Shown piece after piece: positions 20,584 to 30,459 of a stretch of DNA of 64,000 nt. The notes under the pieces are model-generated. The model was given only the letters and a program-made list of their open reading frames with translations, was not told where the DNA came from and did not search any database. The translations under genes were made by a program, and so were the position numbers. Source of the stretch: Candidatus Entotheonellaceae bacterium (GTDB lineage: Bacteria > Tectomicrobia > Entotheonellia > Entotheonellales > Entotheonellaceae); the NCBI GenBank assembly GCA_965238075.1, contig OZ250173.1, forward strand, positions 2,400,001 through 2,464,000, written 5' to 3'. Each line of letters begins with the position of its first letter. Positions within the stretch are counted from its first letter, which is position 1.

Positions 20584-22539
20584 TTACTTCTGTGCCGCTT
20601 CAACAGGTTCGCTGACCTGGGCGGGTTCCTGCTTGGCGGCCCCGTCACTCTGGCCTGCCTGACTTGAGGCGCGCCGTCGCCACCAGCCACGCGCGCGGCG
20701 CGCCAGACGGCCGGCCGTCTGGCGGCCAGAACGCGCGCCAGCCTTAGCAACCGGCGGTTCGCCGTTGCCATGACCTTCCAGACGCCTCGACCCCGAATTG
20801 AACCGCCAGAAAATCCGCCCACGCGCTCCAGCCTGGGGTGCCGCCACCTCGGCGTTGACGACAACGGGCGGCAGCGGGGTTGGAGCCACCTCATCTGCCG
20901 GTTTTGATGCCTGTGCTTCCGGCTCTTCCACACGAGCGCCGCGCCCGCGGCGTCGATACGTAACGCTAGCCGTCGAACGAGCCGGGGATTCCTTGCTTTC
21001 CTTAGCCGTTGCTCTTTCAGTCGCCGCAGCCCCTGCCTCAGGTGTGGGGGCCGCGCGCCTGACGAATTCCATGGTGTGCTCGTTCTGCCGTGCTAACGGG
21101 TTGCCGACCAGATTGAGCGTCAGGTTGTATTCCTCTTCCAATTGGGCGATTTCCTTGCGTTTCTGATTCAGCAGGTAAAACACCACGTCCATCGGTAGTT
21201 GCGCGTTGACGGCTGCCAAGGTGTCCTTGGCAGCTTCCGCGCGAATCCGGCGCAGAACCGAGAGCGCAAACGCCACCGCCGAGCGGATCAAGCCGCTGCC
21301 CTCACAATGCGGACAACTCTGATAATTGCCCTCGAGGATGGTCGGTTTAAGCCGCTGGCGCGACAATTCCAGCAGGCCGAACTGGGAAATGCGCCCCAAC
21401 TGCGTGCGTGCCTTGTCCCGCTTGACCGCCTGCCGCAGCGTCTTCTCGATTTCCTGGTTGTGCTTGGCGTTGCGCATGTCGATGAAGTCAATGACGATGA
21501 GTCCGCCGAGGTCGCGCAAGCGCAACTGCCGGGCGACTTCCTGGGCCGCCTCCATGTTGGTCTTGAAAGCCGTCTCCTCGATCGTCTTTTCCCGTGTCGC
21601 GCGCCCCGAATTCACGTCGATGGCAACGAGTGCCTCGGTCTGGTCGATGACGATGGAACCGCCCTGCTTCAGATTGACCTTATGGCTGTATACGGTTTCC
21701 AACTGCTCCTCAAGCTGGTACTTGGCAAACAGCGGCTTTTTCTCGCGGTACAGCTTCACGCGGCCGTGGTATCGCGGCATCACCGCTTGAAAGAAGTCCC
21801 GCGCGCGGTAATAGACCTCGCGGTCATCGACTAGAACTTCCTGAATGTCGGGTGTGAAATAATCGCGGATGGAGCGGATCACGAGATCCTGTTCCCGATA
21901 GATCAGAGCAGGGGAGGGGGACTGTTGGCTCTTGTCTTCGATGCTGGTCCACAAACGTTGCAGGTACGCCATGTCGCGTTGCAACTCGGCTTTGTTACGA
22001 TTCAGCCCGGCGGTTCGTACGATGATGCCCATGTTCGGGGGCGGTTCGAGCTGGGTGACGATCTCCTTGAGCTTCCTGCGCTCTTCCTCATCCTCGATTT
22101 TGCGCGAGATGCCGCCGGAGGTCTCCGATTCGGGCATGAGCACCAGATAGCGCCCCGGCAGGGAGATATAGGTGCTGAGGCTGGCACCCTTGGTGCCCAG
22201 TTCCTCTTTGACGACCTGTACGATGACTCTCTGGTTGCGCTGCAGCACGTCCTGTATGCGGGGACGGCGCTCGCGGTCTTCCGCTGATTTGCCGTCGTCG
22301 TTGAACCACCGGGCGTGAATCTCGCCAATGGGCAGGAAGCCGTGTCGGTTGCCGCCGTAATCTACGAACGCCGCTTGCAAGCTCGGTTCGACTTTGACGA
22401 TAACGCCGTTGTAGATGTTGCCTTTGTTCTGCTCCTTGCTGGCCGTCTCAATGGTGAACTCTTCCAGAATGCCATCTTCGATGATGGCGACGCGGCTTTC
22501 TTCCTCGTCCGCGACGTTAATGAGCATCCGTTTCTTCAT
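20584..22539 (-). CDS. rne: Ribonuclease E/G family endoribonuclease with disordered C-terminal tail
   Basis: MKKRMLIN, S1 domain, TEALVAIDVNSGR, LRDLGGLIVIDFIDM, CPHC Zn-link, Arg-rich tail. Confidence 0.95.
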   Translation of the reverse strand: MKKRMLINVADEEESRVAIIEDGILEEFTIETASKEQNKGNIYNGVIVKVEPSLQAAFVDYGGNRHGFLPIGEIHARWFNDDGKSAEDRERRPRIQDVLQRNQRVIVQVVKEELGTKGASLSTYISLPGRYLVLMPESETSGGISRKIEDEEERRKLKEIVTQLEPPPNMGIIVRTAGLNRNKAELQRDMAYLQRLWTSIEDKSQQSPSPALIYREQDLVIRSIRDYFTPDIQEVLVDDREVYYRARDFFQAVMPRYHGRVKLYREKKPLFAKYQLEEQLETVYSHKVNLKQGGSIVIDQTEALVAIDVNSGRATREKTIEETAFKTNMEAAQEVARQLRLRDLGGLIVIDFIDMRNAKHNQEIEKTLRQAVKRDKARTQLGRISQFGLLELSRQRLKPTILEGNYQSCPHCEGSGLIRSAVAFALSVLRRIRAEAAKDTLAAVNAQLPMDVVFYLLNQKRKEIAQLEEEYNLTLNLVGNPLARQNEHTMEFVRRAAPTPEAGAAATERATAKESKESPARSTASVTYRRRGRGARVEEPEAQASKPADEVAPTPLPPVVVNAEVAAPQAGARGRIFWRFNSGSRRLEGHGNGEPPVAKAGARSGRQTAGRLARRARGWWRRRASSQAGQSDGAAKQEPAQVSEPVEAAQK

Positions 22540-22713
22540 CTAAACCTTCTCTGATGCAGGATCTGCATGGGGTGGGTAGTTGTGGGTATCCGGTGTTGGG
22601 ATGGCCGTTGCCAAAACGAATTGTGGGGGCGATTCACAACCGCGTAGCATAAATGTGAGGCGCATGCAAGTGTAACATGATATCTGCGTAGTGCAAAATT
22701 TGGCGCCGTGGTG

Positions 22714-23109
22714 TTAAGGCTGGGCATACTCGATCAGGACGCCGTGGTTGGACTTGGGGTGCAAAAAGCAGATCATGCCCGCCAGTCCGGCGCGCGGCTG
22801 CTGATCGATCAGCCTCACGCCGCGCCGTTTGGCGGTTTCCAACTCCTGACTGACGTCGTCCGTTTCGAAGCACAGATGATGCAAACCCTCTCCCCGCTGG
22901 GCCAGAAAACGAGCCACTCCGGTTCCCGGCGCGACCGGTTCCAGCAACTCGATCTCGCTCTCACCAATGGTCAGCAGGGCAGCCCTGACGCCCTGATCCT
23001 GGATGATCGCTTCCTTGTGAACCGGCAGGGACAGGGCGTCGCGGTAAAAGGCATAGGCCTCGTCGAGGCTGCGTACCACGATGCCGATGTGGTGGATTTT
23101 GGTCAGCAT
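22714..23109 (-). CDS. mce: Methylmalonyl-CoA epimerase (VOC family)
   Basis: IHHIGIVV, IELLEP, GEGLHHLCF, FLHPKSNHGVLIE. Confidence 0.85.
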   Translation of the reverse strand: MLTKIHHIGIVVRSLDEAYAFYRDALSLPVHKEAIIQDQGVRAALLTIGESEIELLEPVAPGTGVARFLAQRGEGLHHLCFETDDVSQELETAKRRGVRLIDQQPRAGLAGMICFLHPKSNHGVLIEYAQP

Positions 23110-23136
23110 GGTATCTCCCCGCTGCTTGGCGCCGGC

Positions 23137-24222
23137 TCAGCCGATATAGCCCCGGTGCACCAACAACTCTGCCGTCAGGACCGTGCCCTTGGCGGCGCCC
23201 ATCTTGGTATTGTGTGACAAGAGCACGTATTGCAGGCCGTTCTCGAAGGCACTGTCAGCCCGCAAACGGCCCACGCTGGTGGCCATGCCGTCGTCCAGCG
23301 CGCGGTCCAGGCGCGGCTGTGGCCGGAACGGATCGTCGTGCACGACGATGAGGCGCTGCGGCGCGGAGGGCAATCCCAGCCGAGCGAATTCCGCGCCGAA
23401 ACAATTGAAGGCATCGCGCGCCTCGGACACCGTGGCCGGCCGCGCGGTGAGGGCTAGCACGCTCTCGGTGTGCCCCTCCAGCACCGGCACGCGGGTGCAC
23501 GTCGCACTCATGCGAAGCGCGGCCGGCTGCAGACCGTCCGCCGTATAGTGGCCGAGAATTTTGCACGTCTCCCGCTGCACTTTCTCTTCTTCTTTGGCGA
23601 TGTAGGGAATGACGTTGTCGATGATGTCCAGGCCCAGAACGCCGCCATGGCGTCCGGCGCCGGAGACGGCCTGCAGCGAGGTCATGACGACGGCTTCCAG
23701 GCCGAAGCGCTGCGCCAGGGGAGCCAGGGTGATGGCCAACCCGACCGTGGTACAATTCGGGTTTGGCGCGATGAATCCCCGCCAGCCGCGCGTTTTGCGT
23801 TGGTTGTCGATCAGCCCGATGTGATCATCGTTGACGCCTGGCAACAGCACCGGCACGTCGTCGTCGTAGCGAAAGGCCGAGGCCGTGCTGATGACCGGCG
23901 TGCTGCGTGCGTATTGGGGCTCGAGCGTCTGGGCGGCGTCCGATTCGACGGCGCTGAAAATCACGTCGAAGCGCGCTGCGTCGAGGTCGGCGGCGTTTTC
24001 CACGGGCAGGTCAAAGATGTTGTCGTCCGGTAGGGCTTCGGCGTACCACTGCAGGGAGCCGTCGGGGGCGTCCCGCAGCGCCTCGCCATACGAACGGCCC
24101 GCCGAGCGCCGTGACGCAGCCAAGGCGGCAATGGTAAACCAAGGATGCCGTTGCAGAGCCAGAATGAACTGCTGTCCGACGATACCAGTGGCGCCAACGA
24201 TGGCGGCCTTGAGCCTGCTCAT
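23137..24222 (-). CDS. asd: Aspartate-semialdehyde dehydrogenase (archaeal/fungal-type)
   Basis: VGATGIVGQ, HPWF, NPNCTT, QAVSGAG, RVPVLEGH, PQPRLDR, LSHNTKMGAA. Confidence 0.93.
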   Translation of the reverse strand: MSRLKAAIVGATGIVGQQFILALQRHPWFTIAALAASRRSAGRSYGEALRDAPDGSLQWYAEALPDDNIFDLPVENAADLDAARFDVIFSAVESDAAQTLEPQYARSTPVISTASAFRYDDDVPVLLPGVNDDHIGLIDNQRKTRGWRGFIAPNPNCTTVGLAITLAPLAQRFGLEAVVMTSLQAVSGAGRHGGVLGLDIIDNVIPYIAKEEEKVQRETCKILGHYTADGLQPAALRMSATCTRVPVLEGHTESVLALTARPATVSEARDAFNCFGAEFARLGLPSAPQRLIVVHDDPFRPQPRLDRALDDGMATSVGRLRADSAFENGLQYVLLSHNTKMGAAKGTVLTAELLVHRGYIG

Positions 24223-24363
24223 GTCACCTCGTCAATCTGGAAAAATGGATGCGCTTCAACCTGGCAGGGAGGGCGCTTGCTTCGCCCCGGAGGCTTTGCG
24301 AGAATGGCCGCCCTCGGTGTCGTGGAAGGGAATCGTAAACGCGCAAGAACAGCGGAGGACGCC

Positions 24364-26208
24364 ATGCACGGATACCATGGGCGCATACTGAATGTCAATC
24401 TGAGCAGTGGCCAAGTCGCCATCGAGACGTTCGATGAGACGTTTGCCAAGCAGTATCTCGGCGGCAACGGTTTTGCCATCCGTCTGTTGTACGAGCGCCT
24501 GGCCGCGGGCATTGATCCCCTGGCGCCTGAAAACGTCATCGTTTTTGCCGTTGGTCCCACCACCGACACCACGGTTCCCGGCGCCACGCGCTGCTGTGCC
24601 GGCACGAAATCCCCGCTTACCGGCTTGTTCTTCGACACCACCTTTGGCGGCATGTTCGCTGCGGTCCAGAAGCGCAGCGGCTTCGAGGCCATCGTCATTA
24701 CCGGCCGCGCCGCCGAGCCCGTGTACCTGTTGGTGCACGAGGAAGGCGCCGAGATCAAGCCCGCCGGCGATCTGTGGGGGCGTTACACGCAGGAAACCAA
24801 CCACGCCATCCGCGATCGTGAGGGAGGCAACGTGGAAGTCTGCGCCATCGGACCGGCGGGCGAAAACCGCGTGCGCTTCGCCTGCGCCGTGCATACCTGG
24901 GACAAGAGCCGCGACGGGGTTGCCGGACGCGGCGGCCTCGGCGCGGTGATGGGTTCCAAGCATCTTAAGGCGGTTGCCGTGTCGGGCGGCCGCAAGACCA
25001 GCGTCGCCGACCCTGACGCCATCAAGACGCTGCTGAGTGAAACTCGTGAACCGATGAAGGTCGGCACCGCGGCGCTGAAGAATTACGGCACGACGATTCT
25101 CGTCAACATGGTGAACAAAATCGGTGCCCTGGGGGTGCGCAACCTGCAGACCGAGTGGTACGACAAAGCCGATGCCATCTCCGGTGAGACCTACAAGGCG
25201 GCCTATTTCGACAAGGACACCACCTGTTTCAAATGTCCGGTGGCCTGCGGCAAGGACTTTCACGTGGACGACGGTGAATACGCGGGGACCCGCTGGAAGA
25301 TGCCGGAATACGAGACGATTTTTGCCCTTGGCTCCATGCTGGACAACGCCCACAAGGGGTCCATCGTCAAGGCCAACGAGTTGTGCGATCAGTTGGGCAT
25401 GGACACGATCAGCCTCGGCGTCACCCTGGCGTTTGCCTTCGAATGCTTTGAGAAGGGCTTATTGAGCCGTGAACGCGCCGGGCGCGACCTCAATTTCGGT
25501 GACTACCACGCGATCCTCGATCTCATCGAGGACACGGCTTACCGGCGCGGTTTGGGGGACCTACTGGCCGAGGGCTCGGTGCGCTTGGCGGCGCGTTTGG
25601 GAGGCGAGGCCAGCCGTTTTCTGTACGCCGTCAAAGCGCTGGAAATGCCGGCCCACTCCGCCCGCGTGCTCAAGGGCATGAGCCTGGGCTACGCGACCTC
25701 CACGCGCGGCGGCAGTCACCACGACACCCGCCCGACGCTGCAGTACGGCACCGAGCACGACAACACGACGCCCGACGGCAAGCCTGAATTCGCCGTGCAC
25801 AACCAGCATTTCACCGCCGTGGGCGATTCGCTGACGCAGTGCCGCTTCGTCAGCGAGCGCGGCTTCGGCGGCATGCTGAACGAGCACTACCCCCGCATGA
25901 TCAACGCCGTCACCGGCTGGGACCTGTCGCTGGATGACGTCGAGCGCATCGGCGAGCGCATCTGGAACCTGGAACGGGCCTTCAACGTGCGCGAAGGCAT
26001 CGGGCGCGAGCAGGACGTACTGCCGTATCGGGTTATGCACGAGCCGGTGCCTGAGGGCATGCACAAGGGGATGCACTGCCCGCCGGACGAATTGAACGGC
26101 ATGCTGGACAGCTACTACGCGCTGCGCGGCTGGACGCCTGACGGCGTGCCGACCCCCGAGCGGCTGCAGGCCCTGGAACTGGCCGAACTTGTCCAAAACG
26201 GTAAGTAA
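24364..26208 (+). CDS. Aldehyde:ferredoxin oxidoreductase family (tungstopterin) enzyme
   Basis: MHGYHGRIL, TKSPLTG, GRGGLGAVMGSK, CFKCPVAC, PEYET, CDQLGMDTIS, YYALRGW. Confidence 0.93.
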   Translation: MHGYHGRILNVNLSSGQVAIETFDETFAKQYLGGNGFAIRLLYERLAAGIDPLAPENVIVFAVGPTTDTTVPGATRCCAGTKSPLTGLFFDTTFGGMFAAVQKRSGFEAIVITGRAAEPVYLLVHEEGAEIKPAGDLWGRYTQETNHAIRDREGGNVEVCAIGPAGENRVRFACAVHTWDKSRDGVAGRGGLGAVMGSKHLKAVAVSGGRKTSVADPDAIKTLLSETREPMKVGTAALKNYGTTILVNMVNKIGALGVRNLQTEWYDKADAISGETYKAAYFDKDTTCFKCPVACGKDFHVDDGEYAGTRWKMPEYETIFALGSMLDNAHKGSIVKANELCDQLGMDTISLGVTLAFAFECFEKGLLSRERAGRDLNFGDYHAILDLIEDTAYRRGLGDLLAEGSVRLAARLGGEASRFLYAVKALEMPAHSARVLKGMSLGYATSTRGGSHHDTRPTLQYGTEHDNTTPDGKPEFAVHNQHFTAVGDSLTQCRFVSERGFGGMLNEHYPRMINAVTGWDLSLDDVERIGERIWNLERAFNVREGIGREQDVLPYRVMHEPVPEGMHKGMHCPPDELNGMLDSYYALRGWTPDGVPTPERLQALELAELVQNGK

Positions 26209-26216
26209 ACGCGGGC

Positions 26217-26603
26217 ATGCAACTGACCGTTACGACGCATATTTTTGGCTTGCCGACCGGCCAACGCACGGTGCCGGTGTCCGTCACGGTGCCGTCGGCG
26301 GGCCTCAGCGTGCGGGAACTCATTGCGCGGAAGATCGAGCAGGAATTTTCGGAGTGTGCCGACCGGCAAAGGCCGGGGCTCAGTGGGGAGGCATTTTCGT
26401 CCGAAGAGCTTCTGGGAGCTGTGCCGCTTGCCCTTTGCAGCGACGCCCGTGAGGAAGTCGAACGCGCTCAGCGGGCGTTTGCGGCCCGCGAGTTCATGGT
26501 GGTGATCGATAACCAGCGGGTCTGCGACCCCGACGAAGTCCTGTCCCTCAATCCGGACACCCGCGTGGAGTTCATCAAAATCCTGCCCATGGTTGGGGGA
26601 TAA
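26217..26603 (+). CDS. Ubiquitin-like (beta-grasp) protein ending in Gly-Gly
   Basis: SVRELI helix, VVIDNQRV, LNPDTRVEFIKILPMVGG-stop; about 40 aa longer than MoaD/ThiS. Confidence 0.75.
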   Translation: MQLTVTTHIFGLPTGQRTVPVSVTVPSAGLSVRELIARKIEQEFSECADRQRPGLSGEAFSSEELLGAVPLALCSDAREEVERAQRAFAAREFMVVIDNQRVCDPDEVLSLNPDTRVEFIKILPMVGG

Positions 26604-26609
26604 CCTGCC

Positions 26610-27959
26610 TCACCGTACCTGGATTCCTACCTCTACCATCATCCCCGGTTTCAGCAGATTGTCCGGGTTCTCAACCACGATGCGTACCGGAATGCGCTGC
26701 GTCACCTTGATGAAGTGCGCCGACGCGCTGCCCGCTGGAATGATGGCGAATTCGGACCGTGTGGCGGCGCCGATCTGGTGCACTTGCCCCTGAAATGACT
26801 GGTCGGGATAGGCGTCCACCGCAATGTCCACCGGTTGTCCCAACTGCACTTGGCGAATCCGCGTTTCCTCGATGTTGGCGCTGATCCATACGTCCTGCGG
26901 GTCATTGACAATGGCGATCGGTTGTCCGGCCCGAACGTGCTCGCCGCTGTCAGCAATCGCTTGGCTCACGGAGCCGGTCACCGGACTGTGGATGACGGTC
27001 TTTTCCAGCCGCAGGCGCGCCAGGGCGAGCTTGGTCTCGGCCTCCTTGATCTTGGCGCGGAGGTCCTTCAGCCCCTCAGCCTGTGCCATATTGCCCAGAC
27101 GTCCCACGTCCACCGCCTGGGTCTTCAGCGCTTGCGACTCTTCGACTTTCTGCTCTTGGGTGCGCACGCTCTCGAGACGCAGTTGCACGCGCTGGCTTTC
27201 GTCTCTCGCCCTTTGCAGCAGCACAAGGTCCTTATTCAAACGTTCTTGTACCGATTGGTACTGGGCCAGAGCGAAATTGTAGGCTGCCGTCACTTGGTCC
27301 CGTTGCTCGGCAGCGATGATGCCGTCCTGGAACAGACGCTCGGCGCGTTCGCTCTCGGCTGCTGCCACGTCGAGTTGTGCCTTGGTCCCCGCTAACTGGG
27401 CTCTGGCCTCCTCCACGGCGGCCTCTTGTCCCCGCAATTCAGCCTGGACGCGTTTGTTTTCAAGTTGCGCAGCGCCCTGCACTTCGCTCAGTTGGCTCTG
27501 CGAGGCGCTCAAGACGGCTTCGGAAACTTCGATGTTGCCCTCGGTCTGGGCCTGCGCCAATTCGTGCTCGATCTCGGCGCGGGCCAGTTGGCTCTGCACC
27601 GCTTCCAGAGCAGCCTGCCGCTGTGCCACTTCCAACTCGTAGAATTCCGGGTCGATACGGGCCAACAGGTCGCCCTGCTTGATCGGCTGCCCCGCCTCGA
27701 TCGGCACGCTCAGCAAACGCCCCGGAACTTCCGCACTCACCGTTATCAGCGTGCCCTTCACGCGCGCGTCGTCTGTCGACACGTGACTCAGCGTGTACAG
27801 CCACCACTGCACGCCGAAATAGCCGCCGACCGCCAGCCCCAGCACCAGCAGCGGAACGAAAATGCGCCAACGCGAGCCGCGCTGGCTGAGGGGCGGCATC
27901 GGCGCCGACCCACCAGCGCGAGGCGAGGGGGTGTCCAAGGGAGCGTTATCTTCAGCCAT
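26610..27959 (-). CDS. HlyD/EmrA-family membrane fusion protein
   Basis: N-terminal TM, VSTDDA, long coiled coil, SEFAIIP, FIKVTQRIPVRI, LKPGM. Confidence 0.92.
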   Translation of the reverse strand: MAEDNAPLDTPSPRAGGSAPMPPLSQRGSRWRIFVPLLVLGLAVGGYFGVQWWLYTLSHVSTDDARVKGTLITVSAEVPGRLLSVPIEAGQPIKQGDLLARIDPEFYELEVAQRQAALEAVQSQLARAEIEHELAQAQTEGNIEVSEAVLSASQSQLSEVQGAAQLENKRVQAELRGQEAAVEEARAQLAGTKAQLDVAAAESERAERLFQDGIIAAEQRDQVTAAYNFALAQYQSVQERLNKDLVLLQRARDESQRVQLRLESVRTQEQKVEESQALKTQAVDVGRLGNMAQAEGLKDLRAKIKEAETKLALARLRLEKTVIHSPVTGSVSQAIADSGEHVRAGQPIAIVNDPQDVWISANIEETRIRQVQLGQPVDIAVDAYPDQSFQGQVHQIGAATRSEFAIIPAGSASAHFIKVTQRIPVRIVVENPDNLLKPGMMVEVGIQVR

Positions 27960-28146
27960 GTGCTGTTTCCTTTGTTATCAAACTTCGCTCGGCATGATGC
28001 GAAAGATTGGGGATGAGTACCGGAGGGTTTGCGAAGCAGTTAGAGGCGGTTGGGACAGCCTCGGAGCATGATGCATTATCAACGATGGACGATAGCTTAA
28101 CACAGACGGTTGTTGCAAAGGGCCGGGTTGATTTCCTGATGGATCG

Positions 28147-28175
28147 TTGATAACTGCTCATTTGTGCATTATATT
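28147..28175 (+). promoter_or_regulatory. Putative sigma-70 promoter of the radical SAM gene
   Basis: TTGATA-N17-TATATT, about 55 nt upstream of the start codon. Confidence 0.5.
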
Positions 28176-28228
28176 GACGGCATGAATCCGCGTTACCAGA
28201 CCCCAGTCAGCCCATTCATGCGGGAGGG

Positions 28229-29314
28229 GTGAACATGGAACCTGACGCAAGAGACCCTCAGGCGGCCATTCGTGGGCGCGGCACCGGCTCGAATCCCCGT
28301 AACCGTTTCGAGCCGCTGTTCTATGCCCCGGACCCCGACAGCGAGGTGCCGCCAGACACCGTCTTTACGACGGAACTGCTCCGCGACACCTCACAGTCCA
28401 TCTTGGCCTACAACAACAGCCCGGACATCGGCTTTGACGCCAGCATCAACGCGTACCGCGGCTGCGAGCACGGCTGCATTTACTGCTATGCCAGGCCGAC
28501 CCACGAATATCTCGGGTTTTCCGCCGGCCTCGACTTCGAGACCAAAATCCTGGTCAAGCCGGAAGCCGCGACGCTCCTGCGCCGGGAACTGTCGTCGCGT
28601 CGTTGGAAACCGCAGGTGGTGGTTCTGAGCGGCGTCACCGACCCTTATCAGCCCACCGAACGCCGCCTGCGGCTGACGCGGGCCTGCCTGGAAGTGCTGG
28701 CGGAATTCCGCAACCCGGTGGCCATCATCACCAAGAACCACCTCGTGACCCGGGATATTGACGTGTTGGGTGAATTGGCGCAGTACCAGGCGGCATCGGT
28801 GGCGCTGTCCGTTACCAGCCTGGACAGCGGGCTCAGCCGTGTGCTCGAACCCAGGGCCTCGCACCCCCAGCAACGACTGGCGGCTATCGAGGAATTGTCG
28901 CAGGCAGGCGTGCCGGTCGGCATGATGGTGGCGCCGGTCATCCCGGGACTGAACGAACACGAGATGCCTGCCATTATCGAGGCCGGTAAGCAAGCCGGTG
29001 GGCAGTTTGCCGGCTACACCACGCTGCGGCTGCCGCATGGGGTAGCGCCGCTGTTCGAGCGCTGGCTGGATCAGCACGCGCCGAACAAAAAGGCCAAAAT
29101 CCTCAACCGCTTGCGCAGCCTGCGTGGCGGCAAGCTGAACGACAGCCGCTTCGGCAAACGCATGCGCGGCGAGGGGCGATACGCCGAGCAAATCGCCGCC
29201 ATGTTCGCTCTGGCCTGCCGCAAGGCGGGTCTGGTCAACAAGCCCCCGAGGCTCTCGACAACCGCCTTCCGTCGCCCCGTAGAGGGAGGGCAGTTGAGGC
29301 TGTTCGACGGGTAG
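28229..29314 (+). CDS. PA0069/Rv2578c-family radical SAM protein (spore photoproduct lyase-like)
   Basis: NAYRGCEHGCIYCYARPTHEYL, GLDFETKI, SGVTDPYQP, C-terminal QLRLF. Confidence 0.92.
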   Translation: MNMEPDARDPQAAIRGRGTGSNPRNRFEPLFYAPDPDSEVPPDTVFTTELLRDTSQSILAYNNSPDIGFDASINAYRGCEHGCIYCYARPTHEYLGFSAGLDFETKILVKPEAATLLRRELSSRRWKPQVVVLSGVTDPYQPTERRLRLTRACLEVLAEFRNPVAIITKNHLVTRDIDVLGELAQYQAASVALSVTSLDSGLSRVLEPRASHPQQRLAAIEELSQAGVPVGMMVAPVIPGLNEHEMPAIIEAGKQAGGQFAGYTTLRLPHGVAPLFERWLDQHAPNKKAKILNRLRSLRGGKLNDSRFGKRMRGEGRYAEQIAAMFALACRKAGLVNKPPRLSTTAFRRPVEGGQLRLFDG

Positions 29315-29484
29315 CGTCCCGCTGCGCTGGTTGATCCGTTCCACAGCATTCCGTAATGATTCCCTCATGTGGATCGTCTATAGTCCATAATAGCCGGACA
29401 AGGACGCAGGCGGACCTCCCTGTGGCGTGTACGGTTGCCCGATCGGTTACTTCCCACTGCAATGCCCCAATAAGGAGAACTCCC

Positions 29485-30003
29485 ATGAAACGACGCAGCG
29501 CGTTTATCCTGGCCGGATGCCTCGTATTTTGCCTTGGCGTGACCTCCGTCAGCGCCATGTCGCACGGTGGCGGCCTGCCGCGGGTGCCGGTTATGACGAC
29601 CGAACTCGCCGAAACCATCGCCATCACCTGCGACGAGTACGCCAAGAAGCAGGAAGGCTGGCGCGCCCTGAACATCGCCATTGTGGACGACGGCGGCGAG
29701 CTGTTCTATTTCCGCCGTGACCCCACGTCGTTCAAGGGCAGCATCGAGATCGCCATTAACAAGGCGTGGACGGCGACGCGTTTCGGCTTCCCGACGCGGG
29801 CCATCGGCGGCATCGTCAACCGCGAGCCCGGCAAGGTGCACGGCATCCAGTTTATGGATCGGCTAATCATTTTCGCCGGCGGGTTGCCGATCATTGCGGA
29901 CGGCACGGTCATCGGCGGAGTTGGCGTCAGCGGCGCTACCGGCGATCAGGACGAAGAGTGCGCCCAGGCGGGGCTCGATGCCGCCAAGGACATGCTGAAG
30001 TAA
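29485..30003 (+). CDS. Secreted GlcG/HbpS-family heme-binding protein
   Basis: Signal peptide; IAIVDDGG, IAINKAWTA, FAGGLPI, GGVGVSGA..QDE. Confidence 0.9.
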   Translation: MKRRSAFILAGCLVFCLGVTSVSAMSHGGGLPRVPVMTTELAETIAITCDEYAKKQEGWRALNIAIVDDGGELFYFRRDPTSFKGSIEIAINKAWTATRFGFPTRAIGGIVNREPGKVHGIQFMDRLIIFAGGLPIIADGTVIGGVGVSGATGDQDEECAQAGLDAAKDMLK

Positions 30004-30059
30004 TCGTGGCGTCAGGGCCGGGGCTGTGATGTCGTCTCGGCCTTGTTTCGCGGCGTGAT

Positions 30060-30371
30060 TCATTCTCCCTGCCAACGATAGGCCTTCAAATCAACTCGGT
30101 CGTTCTCGTCGAAGACGACGCCCTCCGACTCCAGCAGCAGCCGCTGAATGAGCGGGCTTTCAGCGGGGAAGCGCGGGCTGATCTCACCCCGATGGTTGAT
30201 GACGCGCTGCCACGGCACGTCCGTGCCGCGCGGCAGATAACGCAGTGCATAGCCCACCGCGCGCGCTGATCGCGGGCTGCCGAGCAGCGCCGCCACCTGC
30301 CCGTAAGTCACCACCTTGCCCGGCGGCACCTGCTGAACCAATTCATACACCTGTTCGTAGAAATGTCTCAT
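30060..30371 (-). CDS. Alkyltransferase-like protein (ATL/YbaZ type)
   Basis: VPPGKVVTYGQVA, ARAVG; PWQRV has Trp in place of the catalytic Cys of PCHRV. Confidence 0.9.
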   Translation of the reverse strand: MRHFYEQVYELVQQVPPGKVVTYGQVAALLGSPRSARAVGYALRYLPRGTDVPWQRVINHRGEISPRFPAESPLIQRLLLESEGVVFDENDRVDLKAYRWQGE

Positions 30372-30459
30372 GACGGCCTGCGGGGGTTCGTTTGCGCCAA
30401 TAGCGGCGGTAGGTTACGGTATGTCCCTGGCGCGAAAAATTTCCCGTGTGGAGAACGGA

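Noticed and set aside
30060-30371. O6-methylguanine methyltransferase (ogt)
   Set aside because: The catalytic Cys is replaced by Trp (PWQRV), so it is an ATL protein.
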